From Methanocaldococcus jannaschii DSM 2661 (lineage in GTDB: Archaea > AGJL01 > Methanococci > Methanococcales > Methanocaldococcaceae), in assembly GCF_000091665.1 (NCBI RefSeq), contig NC_000909.1, positions 1,086,629 through 1,118,628 on the forward strand: DNA of 32,000 nt, written 5' to 3'. The first letter of the stretch is position 1. Each line of letters begins with the position of its first letter. Below are positions 1-11,093 of the stretch, one piece after another. The notes below the pieces were generated by a model that was not told where the DNA came from, did not search any database, and saw only the letters and a list, made by a program, of their open reading frames with translations. A program made the position numbers and the translations under genes.

Positions 1-1158
1 ATAAAAGTTGATATTTATAATGTTGAATTTAATGGTGATTTTAGATTTTTTGTAAATATGGAATATCAAATTGTGATATCCGTTTTTAATGGAAATGCTT
101 ATTTTAGAGTCATAACTTTTAAAGGAAGTGTTTATTTTATAAGAACAATTTTTAATGGAGATGTTGATTTTATAGACACAATTTTTGAAGAAAATGCTTA
201 TTTTAGTGTCACCGCTTTTAAAGGGAATATTATTAATTTTAGTGGCACAATTTTTAATAAAGAATCTCATTTTAAAAGTACAACTTTTGAAGGAAATACT
301 TATTTTAGTGTCACAACTTTTAATATAGCAGAATTTTATAATTCAACATTTAAATCTCATGTATATTTTGATGATATATCATTTAATTTGTTGTCTTTTA
401 CTGATTGTAGATTTAGAGATGATGTATCATTTAAAAAAATAGATAAAGAAAATTTTAAAGGTTTAGCAATATTCCTTAAAACTCAATTTCTAAACAAACA
501 CACAACGATAGAAAACTTCCAATTATCAAAAACATCATTTTTAAAAACAGATGTTAGAGAAGTGCTATTATGTGATGTTAAAAAAGAAGAAATTTTAAGT
601 CATAAAATTTTAAGAATAAAAGAAGATAGTGGTAATAAAGATAAAGATTTAGAAAATAAACTAAAAGAATTATTAGGTTTGAGTTATAAGTATATTATAG
701 ACCAATTCAATTATAAATCAGTCCTTGCAGAATACAGAAATCTAAGAATATCCATTGAGAATAACAGAACCTACATTGAAGCATCCAACCTATACAAAAT
801 GGAAATGGAATTAATAAAAGAGTTTTCCAATGGCAGATTTGAAAAATTCATCATTGGGGCTTATGGAGCAATATCTGACTATGGAGAATCAATGGAAAAA
901 ACAGGTAAATGGATATTAGGCAGTATGATATTATTTACAATTTTAGCATCAATTTTAAGATTTAAAGGAATGGAATGGGATATTTTTAAAATAATAGAAT
1001 TTTGGTGGATTTCATTTTGGGAAGTTATAAGGTTATTTTTACAGATAGGAACGGAAGATAAATCATTATGGATATTAGAGCCAATTATAAGGGTTACATC
1101 TCTAATTTTATTGGGTAATCTCTATATAGCTGTTAGAAGAAAATTAAGTAGAAAATAA
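1..1158 (+). CDS. 5'-partial pentapeptide-like/beta-helix repeat protein with C-terminal membrane domain
   Basis: Frame is open to base 1 (IKVDIYNVEFNGDFRFFVNMEYQ...), with repeats such as FNGNAYFRVITFKGSVYFIRTIFNGDVDFIDTIF, then two hydrophobic segments (WILGSMILFTILASIL; FWWISFWEVIRLFLQI). Confidence 0.75.
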   Translation: MKVDIYNVEFNGDFRFFVNMEYQIVISVFNGNAYFRVITFKGSVYFIRTIFNGDVDFIDTIFEENAYFSVTAFKGNIINFSGTIFNKESHFKSTTFEGNTYFSVTTFNIAEFYNSTFKSHVYFDDISFNLLSFTDCRFRDDVSFKKIDKENFKGLAIFLKTQFLNKHTTIENFQLSKTSFLKTDVREVLLCDVKKEEILSHKILRIKEDSGNKDKDLENKLKELLGLSYKYIIDQFNYKSVLAEYRNLRISIENNRTYIEASNLYKMEMELIKEFSNGRFEKFIIGAYGAISDYGESMEKTGKWILGSMILFTILASILRFKGMEWDIFKIIEFWWISFWEVIRLFLQIGTEDKSLWILEPIIRVTSLILLGNLYIAVRRKLSRK

Positions 1159-1159
1159 A

Positions 1160-1486
1160 TTAATCATACTCTCTCCATGTATGACCGCATTTCTTACACT
1201 TATAGAATCTTGTTTCTGGTTCATCAGCACATCTTGTTTGTTGTAGCCACCAGTAAGCTTCATTATGCCCACATTTTGGACATTCGATTCTTGTTGTTGG
1301 TAATGTCTCTAATCCCTCACTTTCAATAACAGTAATTTTTTCTTTCTTGTTCTCTAAGTGTTCCTTGTATTCATACTCCTTACTTCCTTCAGCTGTTGTT
1401 TCTTCTTCATAACCACAGACAGCACATTTTAACTTTCCATCCTTTGGTAGCATTAGGTTGTTACATTTTGGACAAAACTTAACCAT
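1160..1486 (-). CDS. tfs: Transcription elongation factor TFS (TFIIS-like, two zinc ribbons)
   Basis: N-terminal CPKCNNLM...CAVCGYEE and C-terminal CPKCGHNEAYWWLQQTRCADEPETRFYKCKKCGHTWREYD with the acidic DE catalytic loop. Confidence 0.95.
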   Translation of the reverse strand: MVKFCPKCNNLMLPKDGKLKCAVCGYEEETTAEGSKEYEYKEHLENKKEKITVIESEGLETLPTTRIECPKCGHNEAYWWLQQTRCADEPETRFYKCKKCGHTWREYD

Positions 1487-1988
1487 TTTTCCACCTCATG
1501 TAATCTTTAATTATTTTTTCATGGTCAAAAGCTAATTTAGGCAAATTATTTAAATCAAAGAATTCAGCCTCTTTTGCATCATCTCCTGCTTTCAACTCTC
1601 CACCTATAACATCCAATATAAAGACGATTGAGATAACGTGCCCTCTCGGGTCTCTATCTGGAGATGAATAAACTCCCAATAAGCTTTTTACCTTTGGTAT
1701 TAAACCAGTTTCTTCTTTAATCTCTCTAACAACTGCCTCTTCAACAGTTTCTCCACATTCTACAAAACCTCCTGGAAGGGCAAAACAACCTTTAAATGGA
1801 TTATTTTTTCTTTTTATTAGCAGGATTTTATTATCTTTCTCAATAATTCCATCAACTGCAACCGCTGGATGAAGATATAGCCTATATTTTTTTAAATCTC
1901 TCTTTTTTATGATTTTTTTAGAGTATCTCTTTCCAAACAAATTTAGGGCAAATATTTTTCCGCTTATACAGAAACATTTTTTAGCCAT
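1479..1988 (-). CDS. NUDIX hydrolase, ADP-ribose pyrophosphatase-like
   Basis: NUDIX box GGFVECGETVEEAVVREIKEETGL. Confidence 0.93.
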   Translation of the reverse strand: MAKKCFCISGKIFALNLFGKRYSKKIIKKRDLKKYRLYLHPAVAVDGIIEKDNKILLIKRKNNPFKGCFALPGGFVECGETVEEAVVREIKEETGLIPKVKSLLGVYSSPDRDPRGHVISIVFILDVIGGELKAGDDAKEAEFFDLNNLPKLAFDHEKIIKDYMRWKNG

Positions 1989-2056
1989 GCTCTCACTTAT
2001 ATATATAAAAACTTCATTAAAAATATAGGGAGAGATATTTAAAATTTGTGGTGCTT

Positions 2057-2602
2057 ATGAAGGATGAAGTAGAGGTTATAGGTTTTGATGACGCTCCTTT
2101 TAATAAGGCAGATAAAGTGTGTATCTTAATAGGCACGTATATGAGGGGGAATAGAATAATAGACGGCATTTATTTTAGAAAATTTAAGAAGGATGGAATG
2201 GATGTTACAGAGAAGATAATAGATATTGTTAAAGAAAAGCATTATAAAAAAATAAAAGTAATTTTTTTAGCTGGAATAACTTTTGGAGGATTTAATATAG
2301 CTGATTTATGGGAAATTAATAAAGAGACTGAAAAACCAGTTATTGTCGTTATTGATAAGTATCCAAACAAGGAGAAGATATTCTTAGCCCTTAAAAAATA
2401 CTTTGATGATGCTGATGAAAGGATAAAGCTTATAAACAGCTTTCCAGAGCCAGAGAAAATGGAAAATATTTATGTTCAGTATGTTGGAGCTGACAAAGAA
2501 TTTGTTAAAAATGTTATTAAAAAAACGAAGCTTAAAAGTAAAATTCCAGAGTGTTTGAGAATATCTCATTTAATTGGTAGGGGTTTTTTGGGATTAAGAT
2601 AG
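2057..2602 (+). CDS. DUF99 family protein (endonuclease V-like fold)
   Basis: ORF MKDEVEVIGFDDAPFNKADK...; IGFDDAPF and GITFGGFNIAD resemble the DUF99 family. ATG at 2057 preferred over the GTG at 2048. Confidence 0.75.
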   Translation: MKDEVEVIGFDDAPFNKADKVCILIGTYMRGNRIIDGIYFRKFKKDGMDVTEKIIDIVKEKHYKKIKVIFLAGITFGGFNIADLWEINKETEKPVIVVIDKYPNKEKIFLALKKYFDDADERIKLINSFPEPEKMENIYVQYVGADKEFVKNVIKKTKLKSKIPECLRISHLIGRGFLGLR

Positions 2603-2613
2603 AAATACATATT

Positions 2614-2642
2614 GTTAAAATCAGACTCCTGAAAATGAAGAT
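2614..2642 (+). repeat. Solo degenerate CRISPR-repeat-like sequence
   Basis: GTTAAAATCAGACTCCTGAAAATGAAGAT resembles the remembered Methanocaldococcus CRISPR repeat (ATTAAAATCAGACCGTTTCGGAATGGAAAT) over TTAAAATCAGAC and the 3' AATGRARAT part. No second copy seen nearby. Confidence 0.4.
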
Positions 2643-2711
2643 TTGAAAAAGATATTTATATATTAAAATATAAGTTCTATATAGTAGTATGTTCAAAAAT
2701 TAAAAATTTTA

Positions 2712-3053
2712 GTGATTATTATGAAACCACGAAATAAAAGAAATAAAAAATTTAAAAAACCAGAATGGTTAATTGAAGTTGAAGATAAAATTGAAAAAAT
2801 GGCTGATGAGGAATTTGATAAATTATTTGAGGAAATCTATGAAAAGTTAAATAGAGGAGGATTAAGAGAGGTTTTAAATGTGCATAAAACTGATAAAAGT
2901 AAATATAAAAAATACAAAAAACCAAAATGGTTGATTGAGGCAGAAAAAGAATTAGAAAAGGCTATTGAAACGGGGGAATATTTTAAATGGTTGAAAGAGC
3001 AAGGAGAAAAATATAGAAAACAAAAAAAAGAAATAAAGAAAAATAATTTTTAG
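2712..3053 (+). CDS. Small Lys/Glu-rich protein with two copies of a K(F/Y)KKPxWLIExE repeat
   Basis: [18 protein letters not shown] and [18 protein letters not shown] within one 113-aa ORF. Confidence 0.7.
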
Positions 3054-3061
3054 TGGTGATT

Positions 3062-3274
3062 ATGAAAAAACATGTAAAAAGGATTGTTAAAAAATACTTA
3101 GGAAGTAAAAAAGCTGAGTCAGAGGAGGAAGATATTCTACCAGATTGGATTGTAAAAGTTAAAAACGAAATTGAAAATATAACTTATGAAGAATATGTTA
3201 AGGATGTAGATAAATTTTTTAATGAGGTGAAAAAGAAAGGTATTGAAAAAGTGTTATTTGATGATATAAAATGA
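3062..3274 (+). CDS. Small protein of the same Lys-rich family
   Basis: MKKHVKRIVKKYLGSKK...ILPDWIVKVKNEIENITYEEYVKDVDKFFNEVKKKGIEKVLF; ATG 3062 after a GTGATT start region. Confidence 0.6.
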   Translation: MKKHVKRIVKKYLGSKKAESEEEDILPDWIVKVKNEIENITYEEYVKDVDKFFNEVKKKGIEKVLFDDIK

Positions 3275-3459
3275 AAGAAAATATATTAAAACAAAAATGG
3301 GCGAAAATTATGAAAAAACACAAATACAAAAAACCAAAGTGGTTAATTAAGGCAGAACAAAAAGCAGAAAAAATGACATTAGAAGAGGAAAAAGAATGGA
3401 TTGAAAAGGCAATAAGAGTATATAAAGACAAAGGAATTGATGGATTATTTGAAATCTAA
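3271..3459 (+). CDS. Small protein of the same Lys-rich family
   Basis: [45 protein letters not shown]; ATG overlaps the upstream stop (ATGA). Confidence 0.6.
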   Translation: MKENILKQKWAKIMKKHKYKKPKWLIKAEQKAEKMTLEEEKEWIEKAIRVYKDKGIDGLFEI

Positions 3460-3477
3460 TAAAAAGAGTAAATGTTG

Positions 3478-3622
3478 ATGATATTAGGTTCTACACAAAC
3501 AATCACTATGAAATTTAGAATTCCTTACTATGTTGATAAAGAAAAATTCAAAAAAAGAAGTTAAAAAGTATGTTAAATACAAACTTTTAGCTGAAGAACT
3601 TTATAAACTATTTATAATTTAA
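3478..3622 (+). pseudogene. Short frameshifted ORF remnant
   Basis: MILGSTQTITMKFRIPYYVDKEKFKKRS* then, in another frame, KEVKKYVKYKLLAEELYKLFII*. The frame change sits at an A-rich run near 3551-3557. Confidence 0.4.
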
Positions 3623-4967
3623 CAAAATTATTTAAACAATAAACATACGTCCTCCTATTAAATCTCTCTTTTATTAAACCGCAGAATATCAATTTATGCA
3701 ATTCATTGTAAAACTCTTTTGGTGAAATGCCTCTTTCCTTAGCAATCTCTAAAAATCTTCTCTTTCCAGTAATTGTCCCATATTCTTTCAAAATGTCAAT
3801 TAACTTGCTTTCAACCTTAACATCTAACTCTTTTAAGATTTTATTTATCCTGTCCTTTACATTGTTCTCTCTAAGCTCTTTAATTTTTTCTTTTGGTGCA
3901 TAGATTGAAATATTCCATAATCTCATCTCAGAGGGCTTTAAGCTCTGAGCTAATGGAGAAACTTCATCCAATCTTTTAACGCCTTCATCTGAGATTATAT
4001 AAACGTTATGCTCTTCCATTTTAGGAATTGGATAGATATCGATAAATATATCCCATCCGAATTCCTCATAAAACCTACTTTCTAATGATAATATTTGTTT
4101 TTCATCTAAATTGACAAAAATCCATTTTTCTATTGGATTTAAATCAAAGTAACTATAGGTGATGAGATTTTTATAGAGATTTCTCCTGTCTATTCTCTCC
4201 ATCAAATAGTTTTCAGAAATCCTCAAAAATGAAACAAGTGCAATATCATCCATGTTAGCTAAATCTTTTATATCCAAATTTTTTTCTTGTATTTCTTTTA
4301 TTACTGCCCTCTTTATCATAGTGTCCGCTATTCTAACTGTTGGATGCATATAAACAGCTGAATACATCTGATGCCTCGCAACTAATAGCGATTCAATTGC
4401 TTGAATTCCCTTCTTTAATATCCCTATCTTAACTTTTCCAAAACTCTCAAAGGTTGTTATACTCCTCAGAATTCTTGGTAAATCAATCATCCCATAAGCT
4501 GTTCCTGTGTGGTAGCTATCCCTCAATAAATAATCCATTCTATCAGCATCAACATCTCCAGAAATTATCTTACCCTCTAAATTTTTCCTATTTAAGGTTT
4601 TAATTATTTCGCTCTTTGAAAAGTTATCTAAATTCATATGTTTGATTTTCTTTCTGCCAAAAACTTCATGACTGTAGCCACAAATTTCCAATGTGTGAGA
4701 GAATGGAGGATGTCCAATATCATGCAATAAAGCGGAGACTCTTGTAAGCTCAACATCTGCATTAATCTTCTCTGCTATTTTTGAGGCAATAAACATAGTT
4801 CCTAAGGAATGTTCAAACCTTGTATGATTTGCTGATGGATAAACTAAGTATGTTAAACCAGTCTGTTTTATATTTCTCAATCTCTGAAATTCTTCGCTAT
4901 CAATAATCTCCAGCTCTTTTTCATCTAAATATATATCTTTGTGGATAGAGTCTCTAATAACCTTCAT
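3612..4967 (-). CDS. HD superfamily phosphohydrolase (dGTPase/SAMHD-like)
   Basis: TRFEHSLGTMFIA...ALLHDIGHPPFSH...GDVDADRMDYLLRDSYHTG. Confidence 0.9.
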   Translation of the reverse strand: MKVIRDSIHKDIYLDEKELEIIDSEEFQRLRNIKQTGLTYLVYPSANHTRFEHSLGTMFIASKIAEKINADVELTRVSALLHDIGHPPFSHTLEICGYSHEVFGRKKIKHMNLDNFSKSEIIKTLNRKNLEGKIISGDVDADRMDYLLRDSYHTGTAYGMIDLPRILRSITTFESFGKVKIGILKKGIQAIESLLVARHQMYSAVYMHPTVRIADTMIKRAVIKEIQEKNLDIKDLANMDDIALVSFLRISENYLMERIDRRNLYKNLITYSYFDLNPIEKWIFVNLDEKQILSLESRFYEEFGWDIFIDIYPIPKMEEHNVYIISDEGVKRLDEVSPLAQSLKPSEMRLWNISIYAPKEKIKELRENNVKDRINKILKELDVKVESKLIDILKEYGTITGKRRFLEIAKERGISPKEFYNELHKLIFCGLIKERFNRRTYVYCLNNFVKL

Positions 4968-5241
4968 TCTCTCCCAGAGCTTTTGATTTTATCTTTTTTT
5001 TGAGATTTTCAATCATATTACATTCTTAATTTATTTTAGAGACATGAATATTTGAAAATAAAGATTATATAAAACAGTATTTATACTTTATGGAAAAATC
5101 TTTATGAGGAAATATGATGCCTTTAGGAATAAATACCTCCATAGAATATATATAAACTGCGAAAATTCTATATTAAAAAAAGAAAATTGACATTAAAATT
5201 TATGCCATTTTTGAAAATAAAACTAAAATAAAAATTAAAGT

Positions 5242-7053
5242 TTAATTTAACCTATTCTTTTTGTTTTTATCTTTTTTCTGCTTTTTCTTCTTTTCCATCT
5301 GCTCCATAATCCACCTATAAATAACCCCCTTATATCCAACCATTTTAAATCCTTCTAAAGCCTTTTCCCAATTTTCTTCCTCCCTATATAGGCAGATAGC
5401 TTTTTGAATCTTCTTTTCTCTATAAGTGTAAGGAACATAAACTTTTTCATTAGTTATTGGATTTATGCCAGTGTGATACATTGTTGTTGATAGTGTCATA
5501 GGTGTTGGTGTAAAAACCTGAACTTGCCTTGAATAGCAGTTATTTTTATGGATAAATTCTGCCAACTCAATCATCTCTTTAATAGAACAGTTTGGATGGG
5601 CAATAAGCCAATATGGCAAAACTTCTTTAATTCCTCCAACTTTTTCAGCTATCTCTCTATATTTCTCTAAAAATTTTTTAAATAACCTTCCATCAGGTTT
5701 TTGAATAGCCTTACAAACTTTTTTAGAGATGTGTTCAGGAGCTACCTTCAATCTTCCAGAGACATGGTATTTGGAGAGTTCTTTTATATAATCCTCTCCA
5801 TATTCCTCATCATACATTATTAAATCGTATCTAACCCCACTTCTAACATAAACTCTAACATCATCTCCAACGATATCTCTAATCTTCCTATAGAGCTTAA
5901 TTAGTGGTTTATGATTTATGATTAAATTCTCACACGGCTCTGGATATAGGCAATTTTTTGGACATCTATCTGCTAAACCTTTTTTACATCCCATTCTATA
6001 CATATTTGCTGTTGGAGCTCCAATATCTTGAATAACGCCTTTAAAATCTTCATGATTCAATAATTTTCTAATTTCTTTTAAGATGCTTCTTTCACTCCTA
6101 TTTTGAATAACCTTACCTTGATGATGTAGTATTGAGCAGAAAGAACAGCCACCAAAACAACCTCTATGTGTTACAACTGAAAATTGAACTGGAACAATTC
6201 CTGGGACATAAGAATAGGAGGGATGAGCTCTTCTCTCAAAAGGCATCTCATATATTTCATCCATTTCCTTTTCAGTTAAATAAATTGGTGGAAATTGAAC
6301 TAAATATTGATTTCCAACTTTTTGATAAATAACTTTATCCATTGTCATTAATTTTCTATGCATTTCAGCGTATTTTTCTTTGCTATTTACAACTTCTTCA
6401 TGAGAAGGTAGTTCTTTTGTCTCATATCTCTCCTTTATATCCCCTATCTTTCTTTCATTAACTCTAACTACAGTTCCATTTATTTCTAAGTCTTTTATGT
6501 TCTCTCCACTTTCTAATGCCTTAGTTATTGCTAAAATACTCTTTTCCCCCATCCCATACATTAAAATATCTGCCTTTGAATCAATTAAAACACTCTTCCT
6601 AACTTTATTATCCCAATAGTCATAATGGGAAAATCTTCTTAAAGAAGCTTCAATCCCTCCCAGAGCTATAGGAACTCCCTTGAAAGCCCTTTTTATTAAA
6701 TTAGTATAAACAATTGTAGCCCTATCTGGTCTCTTTCTTATCCCTTCATTAGACATTGAGTCAAAATCCCTCAACCTCTTTTGTGGTGTATAGTGAGCTA
6801 ACATACTATCTAAATTCCCAGCAGTTACTGCAAAAAAGTAATTTGGCTTTCCTAATCTCTTTATATCATCTAAATTTTTCCAATCTGGTTGTGCAATAAT
6901 CCCAACTCTATAACCATGCTCTACCAAATACCTTCCAACAACAGAAGCTCCAAATAGATAGTGGTCTATGTAGGCATCTCCAGTAACAATAATAATATCC
7001 AATTCTTCCCATCCCCATTCATCCATCTCTTCTTTAGTAGTTGGCAAAAACAT
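5242..7053 (-). CDS. YgiQ family radical SAM protein (UPF0313)
   Basis: CFGGCSFCSILHHQGKVIQNRSERSILKEI plus N-terminal WGWEELDIIIVTGDAYIDHYLFGASVVGRYL. Confidence 0.93.
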   Translation of the reverse strand: MFLPTTKEEMDEWGWEELDIIIVTGDAYIDHYLFGASVVGRYLVEHGYRVGIIAQPDWKNLDDIKRLGKPNYFFAVTAGNLDSMLAHYTPQKRLRDFDSMSNEGIRKRPDRATIVYTNLIKRAFKGVPIALGGIEASLRRFSHYDYWDNKVRKSVLIDSKADILMYGMGEKSILAITKALESGENIKDLEINGTVVRVNERKIGDIKERYETKELPSHEEVVNSKEKYAEMHRKLMTMDKVIYQKVGNQYLVQFPPIYLTEKEMDEIYEMPFERRAHPSYSYVPGIVPVQFSVVTHRGCFGGCSFCSILHHQGKVIQNRSERSILKEIRKLLNHEDFKGVIQDIGAPTANMYRMGCKKGLADRCPKNCLYPEPCENLIINHKPLIKLYRKIRDIVGDDVRVYVRSGVRYDLIMYDEEYGEDYIKELSKYHVSGRLKVAPEHISKKVCKAIQKPDGRLFKKFLEKYREIAEKVGGIKEVLPYWLIAHPNCSIKEMIELAEFIHKNNCYSRQVQVFTPTPMTLSTTMYHTGINPITNEKVYVPYTYREKKIQKAICLYREEENWEKALEGFKMVGYKGVIYRWIMEQMEKKKKQKKDKNKKNRLN

Positions 7054-7064
7054 AAAATATCACT

Positions 7065-7397
7065 TCAAATACTTATTAAAAATTTAGACGCTAAATAGTA
7101 AATAACTACACTAATTAAAATTGATATTCCTAAGTTATTCCATTTTTTGTATGAAACTATTGCAAATATTAGTGAGATTGTGCTAATTAAAACATTACTA
7201 AAGATAATTGGAAATTTTATAAAAGATGTGATAAATAATGCGGAGATTACTGAAGTTGAAGAGTATATTAGTATCTCATTTATCTCTTTAACCTTTTCGT
7301 CGATATTCTTTATTTTGCTATGTAAATGTATTGGGATGTATCTTATTAAATAAGTCCCAACAGCCACAAAAATAATTGCTAAAATATTTTTATCCAT
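7065..7397 (-). CDS. AzlD-like branched-chain amino acid transport small subunit
   Basis: Four hydrophobic segments with early TYLIRYIP; sits directly downstream of an AzlC-like fragment. Confidence 0.6.
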   Translation of the reverse strand: MDKNILAIIFVAVGTYLIRYIPIHLHSKIKNIDEKVKEINEILIYSSTSVISALFITSFIKFPIIFSNVLISTISLIFAIVSYKKWNNLGISILISVVIYYLASKFLISI

Positions 7398-7745
7398 TAT
7401 TTCACCGATTTAATTTTTAATATTATAATTGGTGACAATATTCCAGCAAACAAAATTCCTAATGAAGGATATCCAAAATATTGAAAAATTAATGCTATAA
7501 ATCCTCCAATAATTGCAGATAACTTCCCAAAACCTTTTAGATTTGGAATAAGCAATAATAAGAATAGGACTGTAAGTGAAAATGTTAATGAGGAAAATAA
7601 AGTTTTATCTAATATCAACTCCCCACAAAAACATCCTATTGCAGTCCCAAAAATCCATGATAAATATGAACCAAATTCTAAACCTAATAGATAGGATGTT
7701 TTGTAAAACGAACATAAAATACATTTAAATATAGCGATAACAGTA
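7397..7745 (-). pseudogene. 5'-truncated AzlC-like transporter; only the C-terminal part is present
   Basis: Listed ORF starts at TTG 7618, but the same frame stays open upstream: TVIAIFKCILCSFYKTSYLLGLEFGSYLSWIFGTAIGCFCGELILDKTLF..., resembling the internal GxxxxxxxWxxGTxxG region of AzlC. There is no room for the N-terminal part before the Cdc48 gene ends at 7780. Confidence 0.5.
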
Positions 7746-7779
7746 GATAAAAAATAAAAAAGAAAAATTTTTAGGGAAT

Positions 7780-10518
<2,739 letters not shown>

Positions 10519-10610
10519 TTATAATAATTTTCTCACTGGAGATAATATACCGTTGAAGTTCTATATAAACCTTTCGGTTTTGTTCATATTTGTGAAATAA
10601 TTATACACAA

Positions 10611-10970
10611 TCATTTATTTTCTGGAATATCTAATATATGGAACTGATAAACCCTTGTAAATCCGCAATTTCTACATCTAACAATCATTTTCGTCTCAGT
10701 TATTGCAATATCTTGTGTAGCCTCTTTTTTACAGTTAAAGCACACAGCAGTTTTCTCTAAGAACCATGGTTCATACTTATGCTTCTTATTTTTTTCATCT
10801 TCAATTATACTTTCATCTTCAATCCCCACCCTTCTTAATATGTAATATCTTGTAGCTCCACAGTTGCTACATTTAACAAATGCCTGATTTGTGTAAATCT
10901 CAATTATCTGGTCTGCCTCCTTTTTACAATTAAAACATACTGCTAATTTTTTTAACTCCCATTTTTCCAT
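10611..10970 (-). CDS. Small protein with two tandem zinc ribbons
   Basis: KLAVCFNCKKEADQ...VKCSNCGATRYYIL and KTAVCFNCKKEATQ...VRCRNCGFTRVYQF. Start MEKWELKKL is preferred over the longer ORF that reaches 11000. Confidence 0.65.
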   Translation of the reverse strand: MEKWELKKLAVCFNCKKEADQIIEIYTNQAFVKCSNCGATRYYILRRVGIEDESIIEDEKNKKHKYEPWFLEKTAVCFNCKKEATQDIAITETKMIVRCRNCGFTRVYQFHILDIPENK

Positions 10971-11093
10971 AAAATCACCAAAATGTTGGATTCCCCACAT
11001 AACTTATACATTAAAAAATTTATGTTATGTTATATTATATATTATTTTTTAATTTGCCATTTATATAATCATATATTTAATTTGAGGGAAATT

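Noticed and set aside
2614-3270. A real CRISPR array starting at 2614
   Set aside because: Only one repeat-like unit is visible; no regularly spaced second copy or spacers, and no cas genes in the window.
2384-3431. Minus-strand ORFs 2384-2569 and 3219-3431
   Set aside because: Phe/Ile/Ser-rich, opposite coherent plus-strand genes; no start context or motif support.
5000-5241. Possible ncRNA in the gap between the HD and radical SAM genes (short GAGG...CCTC pairing)
   Set aside because: The stem is only 4 bp, AT-rich surroundings fold easily by chance, and no box motifs or tRNA signatures were found.
10983-11093. N-terminal extension of the thiolase ORF (MLDSPHNLYIKKFMLCYIIYYFLICHLYNHIFNLREI)
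   Set aside because: Hydrophobic AT-rich leader unlike the family; the conserved protein starts at MLCSCGNEAF (ATG 11094), preceded by a GAGGG-like ribosome-binding site.
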